Position numbers and translations under genes: made by a program. The notes under the pieces were generated by a model, which was not told the DNA's origin, made no database searches, and saw only the letters and a list, made by a program, of their open reading frames with translations. From a virus, in IMG/VR virus record IMGVR_UViG_3300029496_000031, positions 1 through 14,346 of that record: 14,346 nucleotides of DNA. One strand, written 5' to 3'. Positions 13,300-14,346 of this stretch are shown one piece after another (the stretch's first letter is position 1; every line of letters starts with the position of its first letter).

Positions 13300-14346
13300 G
13301 TGAATTTCATTGAGGAATACCTTGAGGCCATTCACCGGGGGGATGTAGTCACCTCTAAAAGAGTGAAAGAAGTGTATGAACGCCTTGCCTCTGAGATAGC
13401 GCACCCGGATAAATACATCTTTGACCAGAAGAAGGCAGAGAGGCCCATAGAATTCATAGAACGCTTTTGCAAGCAGTCTAAAGGAGAATGGGCCGGGCGG
13501 CCTCTTAAGCTCATGCTCTTTCAAAAAGCCTTCCTCTCTGCGCTCTTTGGATTCATTGATAAAGGCACGGGATACCGGAGATTTAACGAAACCATGCTAT
13601 ATGTAGCTCGCAAAAATGGGAAGTCTGTGCTTTTATCCGGCATTGCCCTCTACTGCCTCATCTGTGATGAACCGGGGGCAGAAGTATACAGCGTGGCCAC
13701 CAAAAAAGACCAGGCTAAAATTGTGTTCAATGAAACAGTGAACATGGCCAAGCAGTCACCGGCGCTCATGAAAGCCGGAATCAAGAAGCGAAAAACAGAC
13801 CTGTATTTTCCCTACACCATGAGCAAATTCGCTCCCCTGGGAAAGAACAGCGATACCCTCGACGGCCTCAACGCCTCACTTGTAATCATGGACGAACTGC
13901 ACAGCATAAAGGACCGGAACCTCTATGAAGTCATGAAGCAGAGCCAGAGCGCCAGGCGGCAGCCGCTCCTGGTGATGATAACCACTGCAGGCACCTTCAG
14001 AGAAACCATCTTTGATGACATGTATAAATACGCCTCACAGGTGGCAGATGGTACTATCCAGGATGACCATTTTCTCCCCGTGCTTTATGAACTGGACGCA
14101 AAGAACGAATGGAAGGATCCCGAAAACTGGCAGAAGGCCAATCCCGGCCTGGGGACCATAAAGAAACTGGATGACCTGGTGCAGAAATGCAAGCGTGCCA
14201 AAGATAACCCGGTAGACCTCACAGGCGTGCTTGTAAAGGACTTCAACGTGATAGAAAACTCCTCATCTGCATGGCTCACCTTTGATGACCTGAACAACAC
14301 AGAGACTTTTGATATAAAGGACTTCAGCGGCTGCTTTGGCGTAGGC
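13300..14346 (+). CDS. terL: Terminase large subunit, N-terminal ATPase part. It continues across the circular junction into 1-702. GTG start at 13300. Full gene ~549 aa (13300..14247 joined to 1..702).
   Basis: Walker A-like ARKNGKS and Walker B LVIMDELH motifs typical of Terminase_1-family ATPase domains. It lies immediately downstream of terS. RBS AAAGGGGAG sits 9 nt upstream of the GTG. Confidence 0.85.
   Translation, partial: MNFIEEYLEAIHRGDVVTSKRVKEVYERLASEIAHPDKYIFDQKKAERPIEFIERFCKQSKGEWAGRPLKLMLFQKAFLSALFGFIDKGTGYRRFNETMLYVARKNGKSVLLSGIALYCLICDEPGAEVYSVATKKDQAKIVFNETVNMAKQSPALMKAGIKKRKTDLYFPYTMSKFAPLGKNSDTLDGLNASLVIMDELHSIKDRNLYEVMKQSQSARRQPLLVMITTAGTFRETIFDDMYKYASQVADGTIQDDHFLPVLYELDAKNEWKDPENWQKANPGLGTIKKLDDLVQKCKRAKDNPVDLTGVLVKDFNVIENSSSAWLTFDDLNNTETFDIKDFSGCFGVG

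Larger units (their letters stand above)
1..14346 (+). mobile_element. Complete circular element (~14,247 bp unit; the last 99 bp duplicate the first 99 bp). It resembles a capsid-forming phage satellite with plasmid-type maintenance (ParA, no integrase).
   Basis: Exact identity of 1-99 and 14248-14346. The TerL ORF is continuous across the junction. Gene content is head+packaging+replication+partition, with no tail, lysis or integrase genes. Confidence 0.6.

Noticed and set aside
1-14346. Search for an integrase, recombinase or transposase, or tail, holin or endolysin genes
   Set aside because: No ORF shows the R..HxxR..Y tyrosine-recombinase signature, a serine-recombinase N-terminal motif, a lysozyme or amidase signature, or tail tape-measure-like length. 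Their absence is itself informative (see main finding).

Overview
The window is a closed circular element of about 14,247 bp. Bases 14248-14346 are an exact 99-bp copy of bases 1-99, and a terminase large-subunit ORF reads in frame across that junction. All ~20 credible genes lie on the + strand, and every long minus-strand ORF is antisense to a confidently assigned gene. The element encodes a complete HK97-type head and packaging module: HNH endonuclease, TerS, TerL, portal, prohead protease, major capsid protein with an N-terminal delta/scaffold region, a gp6-like head-tail connector and a head-closure protein. It has no tail, lysis or integrase genes. In their place it carries a type Ib ParA partition ATPase, a prim-pol/DnaB-like helicase fusion and an array of 3.5 iterons with a 22-bp period, flanked by palindromes and a GC-rich repeat island (putative ori). 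It also has three small DNA-binding proteins (HTH, RHH, HTH_17/AlpA-like), two tandem paralogous small proteins and several unrecognised genes. The best reading is a capsid-forming phage satellite (cf-PICI-like) that is kept as a plasmid rather than integrated, a 'satellite phage-plasmid'. The host is probably a low-GC Gram-positive, judged from Clostridia-like AGGAGG-type RBSs with 7-9 nt spacing (inference). Three recurring palindromic motif families suggest a regulatory circuit, and a promoter-terminator pair between the replication and head modules suggests a ~80-nt small RNA. No tRNA, rRNA or CRISPR array was seen.
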